63,550 nt of DNA, from assembly GCA_030324005.1 (NCBI GenBank), contig JARDVH010000042.1:74814512-74878061 (forward strand). The letters run 5' to 3'. The position numbers were made by a program, and so were the translations under genes. Source of the stretch: Negaprion brevirostris. Lineage: Eukaryota. Shown here piece after piece: positions 38,098 through 50,169 of the stretch; within the stretch, counting starts at the first letter, position 1; each line of letters starts with the position of its first letter. A model generated the notes under the pieces. That model searched no databases. It saw nothing but the letters and a program-made list of their open reading frames with translations, and was not told the origin of the DNA.

Positions 38098-39747
38098 CAG
38101 AGTGGATTTTCATCTTCACCAATTGCATGGTAATCTGGTGGAACAGATTGCCAGTTTATTGTAAAGCCTTTTAGACTTTCATCCTTGTGAAATCAATGGA
38201 AATGAAAATCATGTCTTTTTAAATAATGTCCAATGTAGGAGTTTGGATTTGGGGGCCACAGATACTTAAGATAGGTAGTCGACTATTTGCAAGTAATTTT
38301 AAGATAGCGTATTAAGTTTATTAAGAAGCAAAAGTCTAGATAAAATGCAATAATTAATTAAACAGATGAAGTATCATGACAGTTGAGAGCAGTTGAGCCA
38401 ACTGTCCATCATTCCAGAGGAATGAGTACAGAGTATTGATAGCAGAATTCTACTCTTTACTCAAGGCGTTAGGAAAGTCTTCGCTTGCTGTTCCCCTCCT
38501 CCTCTGATCCATCATTCCATCTGAAGAGGTGGCTGCCTCATGAAAACTGGACTTCACAGGAACTGTCCCCTGTCCCCGAACACATGTTAATTTGTCTTTT
38601 TCTGGGGTCGGTAGCTTACCTACTGTCAACCCTAACTCTAATCCTAACCTAATCAAACCCTGCTGAACAACGGATACAGGATAAGTGCTGAAAAGGTCAG
38701 AGCAATCACATCCCCCACTGCTCGGGCTCAGCTTTTTAGTTTACATCATGTTGTTGCGGGTCTGACCCTTTCTAAACATTTACACAGATTAGGGGGTGCA
38801 CAAGTTATCATCCTACTAATTTAGGAATTTCAAGATGCAAACCTGAACTAAGTGGCATGCTATTTCCAGAGAACGTTCAGAATTGTAATTTGTTTCGAAA
38901 TTATCTTTCCAGACAGAGAGAACATCAGTGTTGTATTAGTTAATCTCATAAGAGCTCTATATAATGCACAAATAGCAATTTAAAGGCCCTAATTTCTCAT
39001 ATCAGATGATCAGTTTCCTCAATTCTGTACCCAGTGGGTAAAGCTTAAGGTGGCTCCCGTTGTTTTGTCTCCTGTGAAACACTTTGGGATGCTTTACAAT
39101 GTTAAAGGTGCCTTGTATGTACAAATTGATATTCTTGTCTATTCAGATCTACATTTCATTGAAGATCTGTATGTACTAGCATGTGACTAGTACAAGAGTT
39201 ACCTCCAGGGGGCAGCTCTGTACTTGTTTCATACCAGTTTTGGACTAACTGCACACAGCACCTACCCTTTGAAACTGTTTGCCACTGTAGAAAATGTTGA
39301 TAATTAGATGTTACATTTAAAGTTGTATAGAGCTAATTTTTAAGTCTATTATATCCTGTGCAGCGGACCTGTGACGCAAATTGTTGAGCAAGAAAAGACC
39401 AATAGAGCACATTTCCAGTGGACCTCGATTTGTGCATAGGAAGCACCCACTGAAATAAGTGGGGGCTCCATTCAGGTAATAAATAAGAGTAACTTCGTCA
39501 GGCAACTAATTTTTTGACATTCGTGCACAAAGGATGCTCAGTATTAATCAATTTCATTAAAAACAATGTAGGTAAGCTTTGTCTTTACCTACTGGACAGT
39601 AAATCAAGCGAACAATTCACCAGGACAAAATAAAAATCACAATTTTCATTTGCATTGATTTCAACGGCATGAAAATTAAGAACATTCTTCAATGAACCAG
39701 CAATCTGTTCCAGCAGATTATCATGGTGAAGATGAAAACTGGCTCTG
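38098..39747. mobile_element. Non-autonomous DNA transposon with ~110-120-bp TIRs and 11-bp TSD (Mutator-like?)
   Basis: 38098-38215 is the inverted homolog of ~39640-39747; flanks aaatgtcatac (38087-38097) and atatgtcatac (39748-39758). Confidence 0.65.
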
Positions 39748-41559
39748 ATATGTCATACTTTAATTGGTGGCGCATATGGCACTATAGTATAATTGGTCAC
39801 ATCCCAATTATATTGTCAAGATATGAAACACCAACTTGGCACCCAGGGGTCCTCGTCTGCTGGGAAACTAAAGTTGTGCTTTTTGCTGCAAAGCCACTTG
39901 CAGCTATTATGTGATATAAACCTGGCACAAGCAGAAAGCAATGTATCTTTGGCACTTTAAGCCTCTTTCCACCTCTTTCCCAGACATGCAGTAACGCTGA
40001 TTTAATCTGCTCTAAGCTTCACTTTATAGGTCGTCATGGAGACAGCATTGTTTTCTTTCTCTAGGTGTGGCACTGGAATTCACGCCAGCGCTGAGAAACC
40101 CACACTTGGCCAGCACCTCACAAAATCCAGTCTCGCTTACACCTGCCCAATTTTCTGGCTAGGTTCTCTTAGGGCAGCACTTAATATGTGCCAGGGCCTC
40201 CCATCCCCTCCATCAAAAACAGTCGGTGGGGAACTCACACCTTCTTGAGTACAACGGCCCTGCAGCCATTTAGCACTGTAAGGAGCATTATTTCACCTGA
40301 AACGAGATCTCCGCCCCATCTGATTGTCGGGCACTTCTCGGGCATTACCAGACAAAGGCCAGATAGTGAGAAAGCATCCAATGGATCAGAAAGGCAATAG
40401 TGAGGGAGTATCCAATAGGTCAGGAAGGCAATAGTGAGGGAGGTTCCGATTGTGAACGGGGTCTTGATAAGGGCTCACTCCCCCTTTCCCGCACAAGGTC
40501 CGAGCAGGCTACCTCTCCCATCCCATCCATCCCAACCCTGTTCCCGACCTCCTCCCGCTGGGCAAATAAATTGCAACCAGGGTTGGAAGTGACCCTTAAG
40601 GGTTTCAACTGGTGTGAGGGTTGAAGAGCAGGCCTAAGCCTTGTCTGTAAAATTGCAACAAGGTCAGGGAAAGGCAGCAGAAAAACGACTTACATAATTT
40701 TACATGCCCCCTGTAGTGGCCGTAAAACTCTGCCCCAATTTCTGCCTTTAAATTAATTAAGTGCAATTGACACATTTATAAGTTCAGAGAAGGCCAGATA
40801 TGAAGGTCAACTTCACAGTAAGTGCTTAAATAAAAGATTATAATGTAAATTTGAATTTTGATTCTTTTTCAGGTACAGTTGGTATAGTCTATTTAAATTG
40901 GATTCAGTACGACATAAGAATTACACATTATAGTCAATAATCATAAAACCACACCCAGAAATGAAGCACTGAACTTGAAAAAGGTGCTAACTCTGTTCAA
41001 TTGAATCTTCAACTGTTGATAAAACATTGGTTTTGTTTATCTTGTATTCTGAATGTGTATATTGTACTTATTCAAAAATATAATTTATTATAAAATCAAT
41101 AACCTCGTTACAAAGGATTCAATTGGGAAGCAAAGTAGGAAGTTCTTTGCAGGGAGGCAACATTCAAGTGATAAAAATTAGTAAATGTTGAGTGGACAGT
41201 GTTTACTCGATTTTTGCTGAAGATGAAAAAGTTTCTCTGTATAGAACTATTCACTAAATAAAATTGTATAAATAATATTAGAAGATTCACCTTTTAAATA
41301 AGCTTCTACCTGAGCTATGGCTTTTTTGCCCTCTGGTGGATCCAATGTGCCTATTAAAGACAAAATCAAAGAAATAATGAAATTATGAATCAATACTATA
41401 TTTTACCTGCTTGATTCTGCAACAAATAGAAAGATAAACACCACCAAATGAGCTGATGTGCTATTGCCTACTGATGTGACAGTGTCTGGGCTGGTGCTTG
41501 ATACTGAGAGAAGGCTGGCTGGCTGGCTGTGGATGATGGTTTATCCGAGGGATGAAAAC

Positions 41560-42440
41560 AATTGTCCAGAGCTATTAGTCATAGCGCACAGATCCAATGT
41601 CCATGATCTGCAGCCCAGTGTGATTGGTATCAATGGCATTACTGTGGTTCAGTGATTGATGCATTATTGAAATTCTTATGAGGGCTGTGACGCCCATACC
41701 TTCAAGCTGTCTCGCTTCAGCCCACTGGCCTCTTTGAGACTTGGTGACCACCCTCTCACACTCAAGCTCCAGGGCTCCCAGCTCATGGCTGCTGAGGAGT
41801 CCCAGGTTTGGCATCCCACCACCAGTAGCAGATCTCGCAGAGTTGTTTCCAGTCCCTTTGCACACTTGATCCTTTGATGGACCCAGAGCTTCAGATCATC
41901 TCTGCAGCCTTAACATACAGGGGAAGAGATGTGTTCTGAGATTCCCAAATTCCCACATGTTTGAGTGTAACTCTGGACAAGCCCCTTCCTCAATACTCCA
42001 TTGAGGACAACTCAGAATTCAGCTTTGCCGAGCGTAGAAGATCAATAAACCTTTTCTGGTATTTTATTCACATATGCTGGACAAGTCATGCCCACTGAGC
42101 TCAGCTGCCACTTCTGCTCAGGCCTTCTTAATTAGATGGGGTGACTTCCTCTTGCCATCCCTTGGCATCAGGATATCCCTCCTGGCTGTCACCACCTCCA
42201 CAAGGGCATGCAGACACTCTGAAAAATGGGGAAGTCATGCTGCCCACCTTGCCTGGATTGTCTTCCTGGTGTTGCAGCCACTACAATGTAGATGTCCCTC
42301 TGCCTTCTCCATTGTCTTCAGCAACCTCTGACAGCTGCCTTTAAACTTTGCAGCAGGCCACCATTGGACCCAGCACCCATTGTACACCCGCTCTGCTGGC
42401 CCCACTGACCCTATCTGGATGCTATCCTCTTAAATAGCCA
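41560..42440 (-). mobile_element. Harbinger Myb/SANT-like ORF relic
   Basis: KGTGNNSARSATGGGMPNLGLLSSHELGALEL matches the K..HN.R.R..TGGG.P.L..L...E..ALEL signature. Confidence 0.6.
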
Positions 42441-42504
42441 GCTAGTGTAATATCATGAAGCATAATTGATCTCAGGTGGGATTGTCAAACTTCTGGTCCT
42501 GCCT

Positions 42505-42800
42505 GCATGCACACACATCGTGTTCAAAATTCAAATCCATGTGTATCATCATGTCAACAGCCTTACCCTTTTCAAAAATCTCCAGGAAGTTAATCTCAGT
42601 AATGGTGACCACAAAACTATCATTGATTTTTGTAAAAACCCCTCTTTGGTTCTCTAATCTCCTTTAGGGAAGGAAATCTGTCATCCTTATCTGGCCTGGC
42701 CTACTTTTGACTCCAGACCTACAGTAATGTGATTGACTATTGCCTACCAAGCCACTTGGTTCACAGGCAATTAGGGGTGGACAACATCCGATGAAGTAAG
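42505..42800 (+). mobile_element. SINE with conserved central domain (MetaSINE-like, tentative); second copy 58690-58990
   Basis: Shared core tctcagtaatggtgacca...tttagggaaggaaatctgtcatcct...tggccta....gactccaga in both copies. Confidence 0.65.
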
Positions 42801-42804
42801 AAAT

Positions 42805-43160
42805 TAAAAAATCATGATTTTTCCCTTAACAAATCCATACTGGCTTTCCTTAATTAACCTGCATTTGACCAAGTGACTCTTAGTTTTGTCCTGAGTTAAC
42901 ATTTCGAAGAACTTGCTCACATCTGAGGTGAAACCAACTGGCCTGTAGTTGCTGGACTTGTCTTTCCATTTTATTTTGAACAAGGGTGTTGCAATTCTCC
43001 AGTTCTCTGGCACCACTCCTGAGGCTAGACTGGAAATTAAAACGACATATTGCCTCCCCAATTTCCACTTCCACTTCCCTCAGTATCCTTGGATGCATTT
43101 CAGCTGGTCATGTGCCTTATCGGCTTTAAATACAGCCAATTTAATACCTCCTCCTTATTC
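42805..43160 (-). mobile_element. CR1 LINE RT fragment
   Basis: MHPRILREV...SSLASGVVPENWRIATPLFK...NYRPVGFTS...LIKESQYGFVKGK. Confidence 0.88.
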
Positions 43161-43865
43161 ATTGCAAATTCTTCAAAAGCACTAACTCGCACCACCATGC
43201 TGCTGTTAATGGTGACAGTTGGTCATATTGCAAAAAGCATTACAGCTTCAGCCAACATTGCCACCATTTTATTGAAGTAGTTGAACAGGAAGCTTTTTCA
43301 TAACAGTTGGGATTAATGAAGTAAATATTTCGGGATTGTGTCTATGAGATACCAAAAGGAAGTTGTCATGGTCGAATGTAGAAATTCTATTCAGTGGTAA
43401 ACAAGAGATGGAATCAAAATGGAGACGCCTGATCAATGTCAGAAAAGTAGCAGGTTTGAGATTCAAATGCTAACATTTGAAAGCCATGTGACAGTTTCTC
43501 TGACTGGTGTATGGTCCTTTTCTGTATTGACATACATACATCACTTCCTCTGGTCAGGCAACCGATATCAGAAAACTTAAGCTGAATGTTACTCCAGTGG
43601 GATTTTACAGTCCCACTGAAGGCAATGGATTTTTGAATGGCTCACTGCATTTTACAGCCCTGCCTCCGCTGCAATGGTGCCATAAAATTCTGCCCTCTGT
43701 GAAGGTGGAGGGATAGGTCTAACAGTTAGTTGGCCTGCTGAGTCTAGAAAAAGGAGCAAAGAAGATCTATTTAAATGGTTAGTTTCAACACATGTTGGAG
43801 ATAGAAGGCCTCGACTACGTTTGTAATGTGCAACCAAAATGATTTGAGTTTTGTTTGTGTTTCAG

Positions 43866-44011
43866 CTACGTGGCCTGCAAAAGCTCAGCTGCTTAGATCT
43901 GTCCTCAAACCAGTTTCTGAGCATACCTATCTGTGTGCTTCGAATGTCAAACCTCAAGAATCTAGACATTAGCAACAATAAGCTGAAAGACCTGCCTCAG
44001 GATATAGACAG
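43866..44011 (+). CDS. LRRC2: LRRC2 coding exon 5 (LRGLQKLSCLDLSSNQFLSIPICVLRMSNLKNLDISNNKLKDLPQDID[R])
   Basis: Acceptor tttgtgtttcag|; 146 nt; donor AG|GTAACT. PICVLRMSNL and DLPQDIDR are characteristic of LRRC2. Not in the ORF track. Confidence 0.96.
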
Positions 44012-44223
44012 GTAACTGCCTGATTAACCATGGAAGAGGGCTGTACAAAACCTGAAGTGGCCAAAATGGGCACTCAGTAAAGTTTTTTTTATTATTCGTT
44101 CCACGATCTAATCATTGCTGGCAAGTTCAGCATTTATAGCCCATTGCTAATTACCCTTGAGAAGGTGGTGGTGAGAGACCTCCTTGAATCATTGTGGTGT
44201 AGCTCTTCTCATGGATGTATATA

Positions 44224-44358
44224 AGCTGGAATTCTCCAATCTTGCCCGCGGTTCGGATTTTCCGTTCCCACTGAAGTGAACAATAATTTGGCTGAGTGCC
44301 AAACTCTCCATACTTGTGGCAGCAGTGGCGGGGCATACAACGTCGGAGAATTCTAGCC
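44224..44358. mobile_element. ~135-bp MITE (related copies ~410-500, 2960-3072, 11515-11641, 17460-17590, 43595-43697, 47445-47577, 48215-48330)
   Basis: TIR gctggaattctcc / ggagaattctagc; similar ends and interiors at the other listed sites. Confidence 0.65.
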
Positions 44359-44644
44359 ATCGTGTTTTGTGACAGAAAGTGGGTGTAAGAAAGTGGGTGT
44401 CACAACTTGGCCTACATCTTTGATCCTTTGATTGAAATCAAGTACAAACTAATGGGATGAAAGTTTTGCCAGACAATGTCTAGAGTTCTCAATAAAATGT
44501 GTTTTCAGTCACAATTCAGTCCTCCCAAAGCTCTGGTTTGATCCAATTTGGAGTCCTAAAGCCTCCAGATTGTCCAATGTGGACAGTGTTCTGAAAAAGT
44601 GCCAAAAATGCCTCCAGCAATTGGACTTTATGAACTGGAGATTT

Positions 44645-44880
44645 CTTTAACTTGTGCTTAATGCTCTCTCCACTCACATTGTCTGCACTTTTAAGACTTG
44701 ATTACCTATAAAGATTCACATTCCAAACATTATTTTGTAAATTGAGTTTGTGTCTTTATACGCTCTGTTTGTGAACAGAACTCCCACTTATCTGACGAAG
44801 GAGCAGCACTCCGAAAGCTAATGGATTTTGCTACCAAATAAACCTGTTGGACCTTAACCTAGTGTTGTGAGACTTCTTAC
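44645..44880 (+). mobile_element. Penelope-like element 3' terminal repeat
   Basis: Ends aaataaacctgttggaccttaacctagtgttgtgagacttcttac, homologous to the 13516 foldback arms. Confidence 0.85.
44788..44824 (+). ncRNA. Minimal type I hammerhead ribozyme motif (Penelope-type)
   Basis: UUAU-CUGACGA-A-GGAG-cagca-CUCC-GAAA-GC-UA^AUGG: conserved core boxes intact, 4-bp stem II, 4-bp stem I, palindromic AGCU in place of stem III. Activity untested. Confidence 0.72.
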
Positions 44881-46567
44881 CATATATTTCCAAGTCAGAA
44901 TGATGACTTACTTGGAGGGGAGCTTGCAGTGATAGTATTACTTGTTTTTCTCATAATTAGGTTGTAGCTTTAGAAGATGCTGCTGAAGGAATCCTGGTGA
45001 GTTCCTGCAGTGCATCTTGCAAATGGAACACATTGCTGCTACAGTATCGGTGGTGGAGAGAGTGAATGTTTAAGTTGGTATAGATAGGATACTGATCAAG
45101 TGGGTTGCTTTGCCCTGGATAGTGTCGACTTTCTTAAGTGTTGTTGGAGCTGCACTCAGCTAGATAATTGTAGAATATTTCATGACTGACTTACGCCTTG
45201 TAGATGGTGGGCAGGTTTTGAGGAGTCAGGAGATAGGTTGCTCAGTGCAGAATTCACAGCTTCTGACTTGCTCTCACACCTCCGTCTCTGAATCAAAATG
45301 CCAATCATTATCAGCCTGATGCCAAGTACCCATTATGTTAAGTCCACCTGCCAGCCTAACTCCAAGAAAACCCCTCTCATTGAGCAGTACGCCACATCTT
45401 CTCACATCAATCAATCCCCTTCCCAATGTTCATATGCCCCATCATTGCCTTTCCAGATCTGCCACTTCCTAAGTCTACTTTCCCACCACATGCACACTTA
45501 GTATTCCTTTCCTCATGCTACCACACTGCAAATTCCATGTTGCCACAACAAAGTCCACATTCCCACTGCACCCAGTGTTTCCCTATTAATACTACCACAT
45601 CCCAGGTCCAGTTTCCCATTCTTCTCCCACACAGAATTCCACTTAGTTCTTCCAAATAACTCTTCTATTGACCTTTTGCATGGTTGCCTCTGCTAGATAT
45701 CATACATCCTGCAATTACTGAGGAAAATCCCTCCCAACCTTGCCAAGTAACTCCAGCTGCTGTACAAAACCTGAAGTGGCCAAAATGGGCCTCACTCTCC
45801 CTCTCCGCTCCCCGCACCCCCGCCCCCGAAAGAAAAGCCTACTCCTTGCTAAAATTAGTTTCAATCAACTTCTGTCTGATTTCTGATTTTTTAGCTCCCC
45901 TAACTAAAATATCTGCCCAGGCAATATGTTCCCCATTTCCATTCTCCTAATTAACCTCAGCCACAGTGTTACCCACCTTGTTGTTACCACTTTCAATATA
46001 TTTCACACTCCTCCAGGCTCTGCAAAAAGCACCCACTTACTCAGCAGCCCCTGATGGTCCATTTAAGGACAACTAGACAGGCCGCTTTAATGGCTGTTAC
46101 CAATGGGCAGACTGTATGTGGCACATGCTCCAAATATTAGATCGTAAACATAGCACTGGGGTCCTATAATGATCTGATACATTTAATGGAAAGTGACTCA
46201 ACAGATTTAATTATTTGATTACAGTTCCTGCTTCTTTCAACTGGAGTGTTAGTTTCCCATTTTGAAGTACACCAAGTGTCAGGAAAAAGGTCCAGATATC
46301 TATTAGCCTTTATGTGAAAAGTGCCTCCTTATTTTGCTCCTGACTGGCCTAGATCTAATTTTAGGATCATGTTGCCATAACTTTGAGAAGAAATCATTTC
46401 TCCGCATCCAGCTGCAATTCATTGGGAACTCCACCCATATCACACCCCTTGCTTGGCTCAGAGTGCACAAAGAATATATCTAACCATGAAATGTTGTAAG
46501 CATTTCTTGCTGAGATCTTTCCCTGGAGGTGCTACTAGCCACTGACTATTACTACTGCAACAGAACA

Positions 46568-46860
46568 GGGACGGCACAGTGTAGCACTGCTGCCACACCG
46601 TGCCAGGGACCTGGGTTCGATTCCCAGCTTGGGTCATTGTCTGTATGGAGTTTGCACATTCTTCCCATGTCTGTGTACATTTCCTCCAGGTGCTCTGGTT
46701 TCCTCCCACGGTCCAAAAGATGTGCTGGTTAGGTGCATTGATCATGCTACGTTCTCCCTTAATGTACCCGAACAGGTGCAGGACTGTGGGTGAATAGGGG
46801 ATTTTCACAGTAACTTCATTGCAATGTTAATGTAAGGCTACTTGTAACTAATAAATAAAT
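46568..46860 (+). mobile_element. V-SINE with HE1-type head/body but a different 3' tail
   Basis: Head and V-domain as at 12411; tail ggggattttcacagtaacttcattgca...ctaataaataaa also occurs alone at ~26478-26550. Confidence 0.8.
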
Positions 46861-46975
46861 TTTTAAAAACTGCATAATTGGCCTTAAAATTTTACATGTA
46901 AAAATACTAAAAAGCAACCATTATTTGCATTTATAAAGCATTTTAAATATTGTGTGCTATTTTTATAATTTACAG

Positions 46976-47128
46976 ACTTAGTGAGCTAGAGTCCCTGTTC
47001 CTTCAGAAGAATAAGCTGACCTACCTCCCCAAAGTCTTGTGCAGATTGACTAAACTGAAGATGCTGGCAGTCAGTGGTGATGACATAAAGAAGTTACCAA
47101 CTTCTCTGACAACTGATCCCAATCTAAA
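46976..47128 (+). CDS. LRRC2: LRRC2 coding exon 6 (LSELESLFLQKNKLTYLP...VSGDDIKKLPTSLTTDPNL[K])
   Basis: Acceptor ataatttacag|; 153 nt; donor AA|GTAAGT; KNKLTYLP and VSGD motifs. Confidence 0.95.
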
Positions 47129-48479
47129 GTAAGTGCTGCAATACAATCTTTCCGTTTCCCATTTGTATAAATATTTAAACACTCTCCCTCTCCCTTTGAG
47201 CCCCGGTTTTGCTTCAGAGACAAGCTCATTCTTCAACTCCAATAGCCAGTACTTTCAGAATGTCCTTAATGCTACTGTGAAACTGACTCAGAAATCAGCT
47301 AATGTGAAAAGTGGGTAGTGGGACCAGTTCCAATAGAACACTCCTACCACCTTACCTTGGACATTTCATTGCTTTACAATTGTCCATTTAGTGTAAAGAT
47401 TCTGACTGACAAAACTTACCTGGTGTCAAAGGTAAGATTTAAGGTGGGATTCTCTGATCTTGTTCCTTCCTGCCCCGCTGCCAGCAAAAATGAAGAATTT
47501 GGCAGTCAACCAAAACTCCATTCACCGCAATGTCACCAGAGAATCTGAGCCACAGGCAAAGCTGAAGGATTCTGGCATTAAATACTTGGCTCACTATTGC
47601 TATAAGGCCACTCCAGCATGTTAATCATTAACAGAATGTCCACTGGTGCACATGAATGGACAACATTTACTGAATGAACAAATTGTACTGAATGTACAAC
47701 ACTTTCATCAAGAGTGCTGGGAAGATGCGATCTGGGGCCAGGGGTCCAATATTAGTAAAAACAGGTAAGTCCATAAAACAGCATCACTTTGGACTTACAG
47801 AACACCGTTAACAAGGCCAAACATCCCAAAAATTTCCACAAAAACTGGAAAAGGGATGAACACCAACCAGGAGTCGGAGAACAGTTTGAAAAGATAATCA
47901 AAGGACTATCAAATAGATTGTGAGAAGTCTGTTAAAGAAGAGATGCAGCTAACAAGAGGGTTTGGAAGAAGGGGTGCATAGAGCTAAAGGCTCTGACTCA
48001 ACATTTGAGTCAAAGGTGCACACAGTAGTCTCAAGAAAACAAAATGAAAGATGCTGAGGCATTAAACTTGTGAAGGTTTTACTGGATGGTTTTCTGTAGT
48101 GATTTGAAACTGAAGGTTTAATAGTTAACATTGGCACAACTTAACCTGTCAAGCCACTGTTTGAGACCAAACCAGTCAATTACACAGATCATCATAATAT
48201 TCTTGTTTTCATACTCTGGACGGGATTTTCCAGCCATGCTCAACCCAAAACCGGAAAATCCTACCAGAGGTCAACATGGTCTGTTTGCATGGTCTGCACC
48301 TCCCCACCCCTGCCCGCTGTGATTCCCATTTTTCTCCTATATGTAATTCTGCTGATCCACATCCATTTTCATTGTAATAAGCTTGCAGAATTGGTAGGTA
48401 ATAGAACCTTGGTTTGACCATATTTAAAGTATTGTGCACAGTTTACATCTCAATTAAAGAAAGATAGAGCGACAAATAA

Positions 48480-50095
48480 GAAAGTACAAAAAAGTTGAAC
48501 TAGAATGATATCAGAATTGAGAAGCTATACCCATCAGGAGAGATTGAACAGGCTGTGAATTTTTGCTCTAGAAAAGAGAAAGCTGCAAGATTACCTAATA
48601 GAGATCTTTAAAATTATGAGGAGGTTTGGTAGGTTGGACACAGAGAAGTTGTTTCCATTTGTGGAGGGAAGACACCATATGGATAAGATGGTCACTGAAA
48701 ATCAAGTAAAGAATTCAGGAGTGATTTATTTATCCAGGGGTAACTGAGGCAAATAACAGAGATGCACTTAACGTGAAGCTAGATAACCACATGAGGAATG
48801 CAATAATGGAAAGTTGTGTTGATAGGGTCAAAAGAAGTGTGGTGGTGGCCTTAAGAGGATGATAAGTACCAGCGTGGCCCAGGTGCGCACAATTCTGTGT
48901 GGTATAGTCTATGTAATTTTACGTAAAACATTACCGCCACTATCAATTTCTGTACCTGTAATCTACAATTCTTACCACGACAACATTTAATTATGTTTTA
49001 AATATCTTTCCCCCATTGATTTGAAGAATTGGTTAGGAGATGGCACAGAACCAATAAGGTGAGCAGCTGGAAAATTTGGGAAGGTTTTTTGGATTTATTT
49101 TGGCGACCGTTAAGACCGTGCCTCTGATGATGTTTATGTGTCAGCTTATTCTGGTTGCACTCCTGCTTCTCGTTTGTGGGTTCAAATCCAATTCTGGGAT
49201 ATAAAGTGTATAATCTAGTGTTGAGAGAGTGCAGTGTTATTGAAGGCCATATCATTCAGCTGAACTGTTATACTTGTCATGTTGGTAAAAGTGTTGCTTA
49301 AAAATCCCATGGTACCAATTAAAGCAGAACTCACAGTCAGACACGTCGTTTTCTAAATTCAACAGTATATATAAAAGAATGCTCAATGTTTTGATTTTGT
49401 CCTGAATAACAAATGAACATACAAATTAGAAGCAGGAGTAGGCCACTCAGACTTTTGAAGTTGTTCCACCACTTGATAAGATAATGGCTGATCTGATTAT
49501 GGTCTCAATTCCACTTTCCTTGCTACCCACTATAGCCTTTGACTCCCTTGTTAGTCAAGAATCCATTTGCTCTGCCTTAAAAATATTCAGTGAACCTCTC
49601 TCTGGGGAAGAGAATTCCACAGACTCACAACAGTACCAATTATTTCAGCAACCTGGGATATAAACTATCCAGAAATGGTGACTTATCCACACTAGGCATA
49701 GCCAATCTTTCCAATAGCCCCTTTCTATCAATTTTCACTCCACGCATTACCTCTACCATCTCTATTTCTACTGATAATTTTTGTCAGTATCCTCGTGAGA
49801 GAATGGGGATGTGGGACTGATCTTACTGTGGATTGACTATATCCATGTTTCAAGATGGCACCAGTGCGTGATGACTCTTTGTGAGCTTTGTATGGTATGA
49901 TTTGTGTGGATAGCATGCAAAACAATACCTTTCACTGTAAATCAAATCAAACCCCCTGAGAGATAAAAAATTATCTTTATCTCTATCTTAAATTGAAGAC
50001 CCCTTATTTTTAAATTGTGCTTCCTAGTTCTAGTCCCTCCCACAAGGGAAACATCCTTTCAGCATCCACACTGTCAAGTCCCCTCAGAATCGTAT
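48480..50095. mobile_element. CR1 3' ends (48480-48920 plus; 49410-50095 minus, split by a Rex1-like insert at 49632-49950)
   Basis: CR1 ORF2 C-terminal and tail sequence; CR1 text agactcacaac / ccctgagaga resumes across the insert. Confidence 0.75.
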
Positions 50096-50169
50096 CTGTT
50101 TCAACATGTTAAAAAAATCAACATCCAATCCGGTAAATGGATTAATCCTCTTCTCTTTCCTATTAACAG

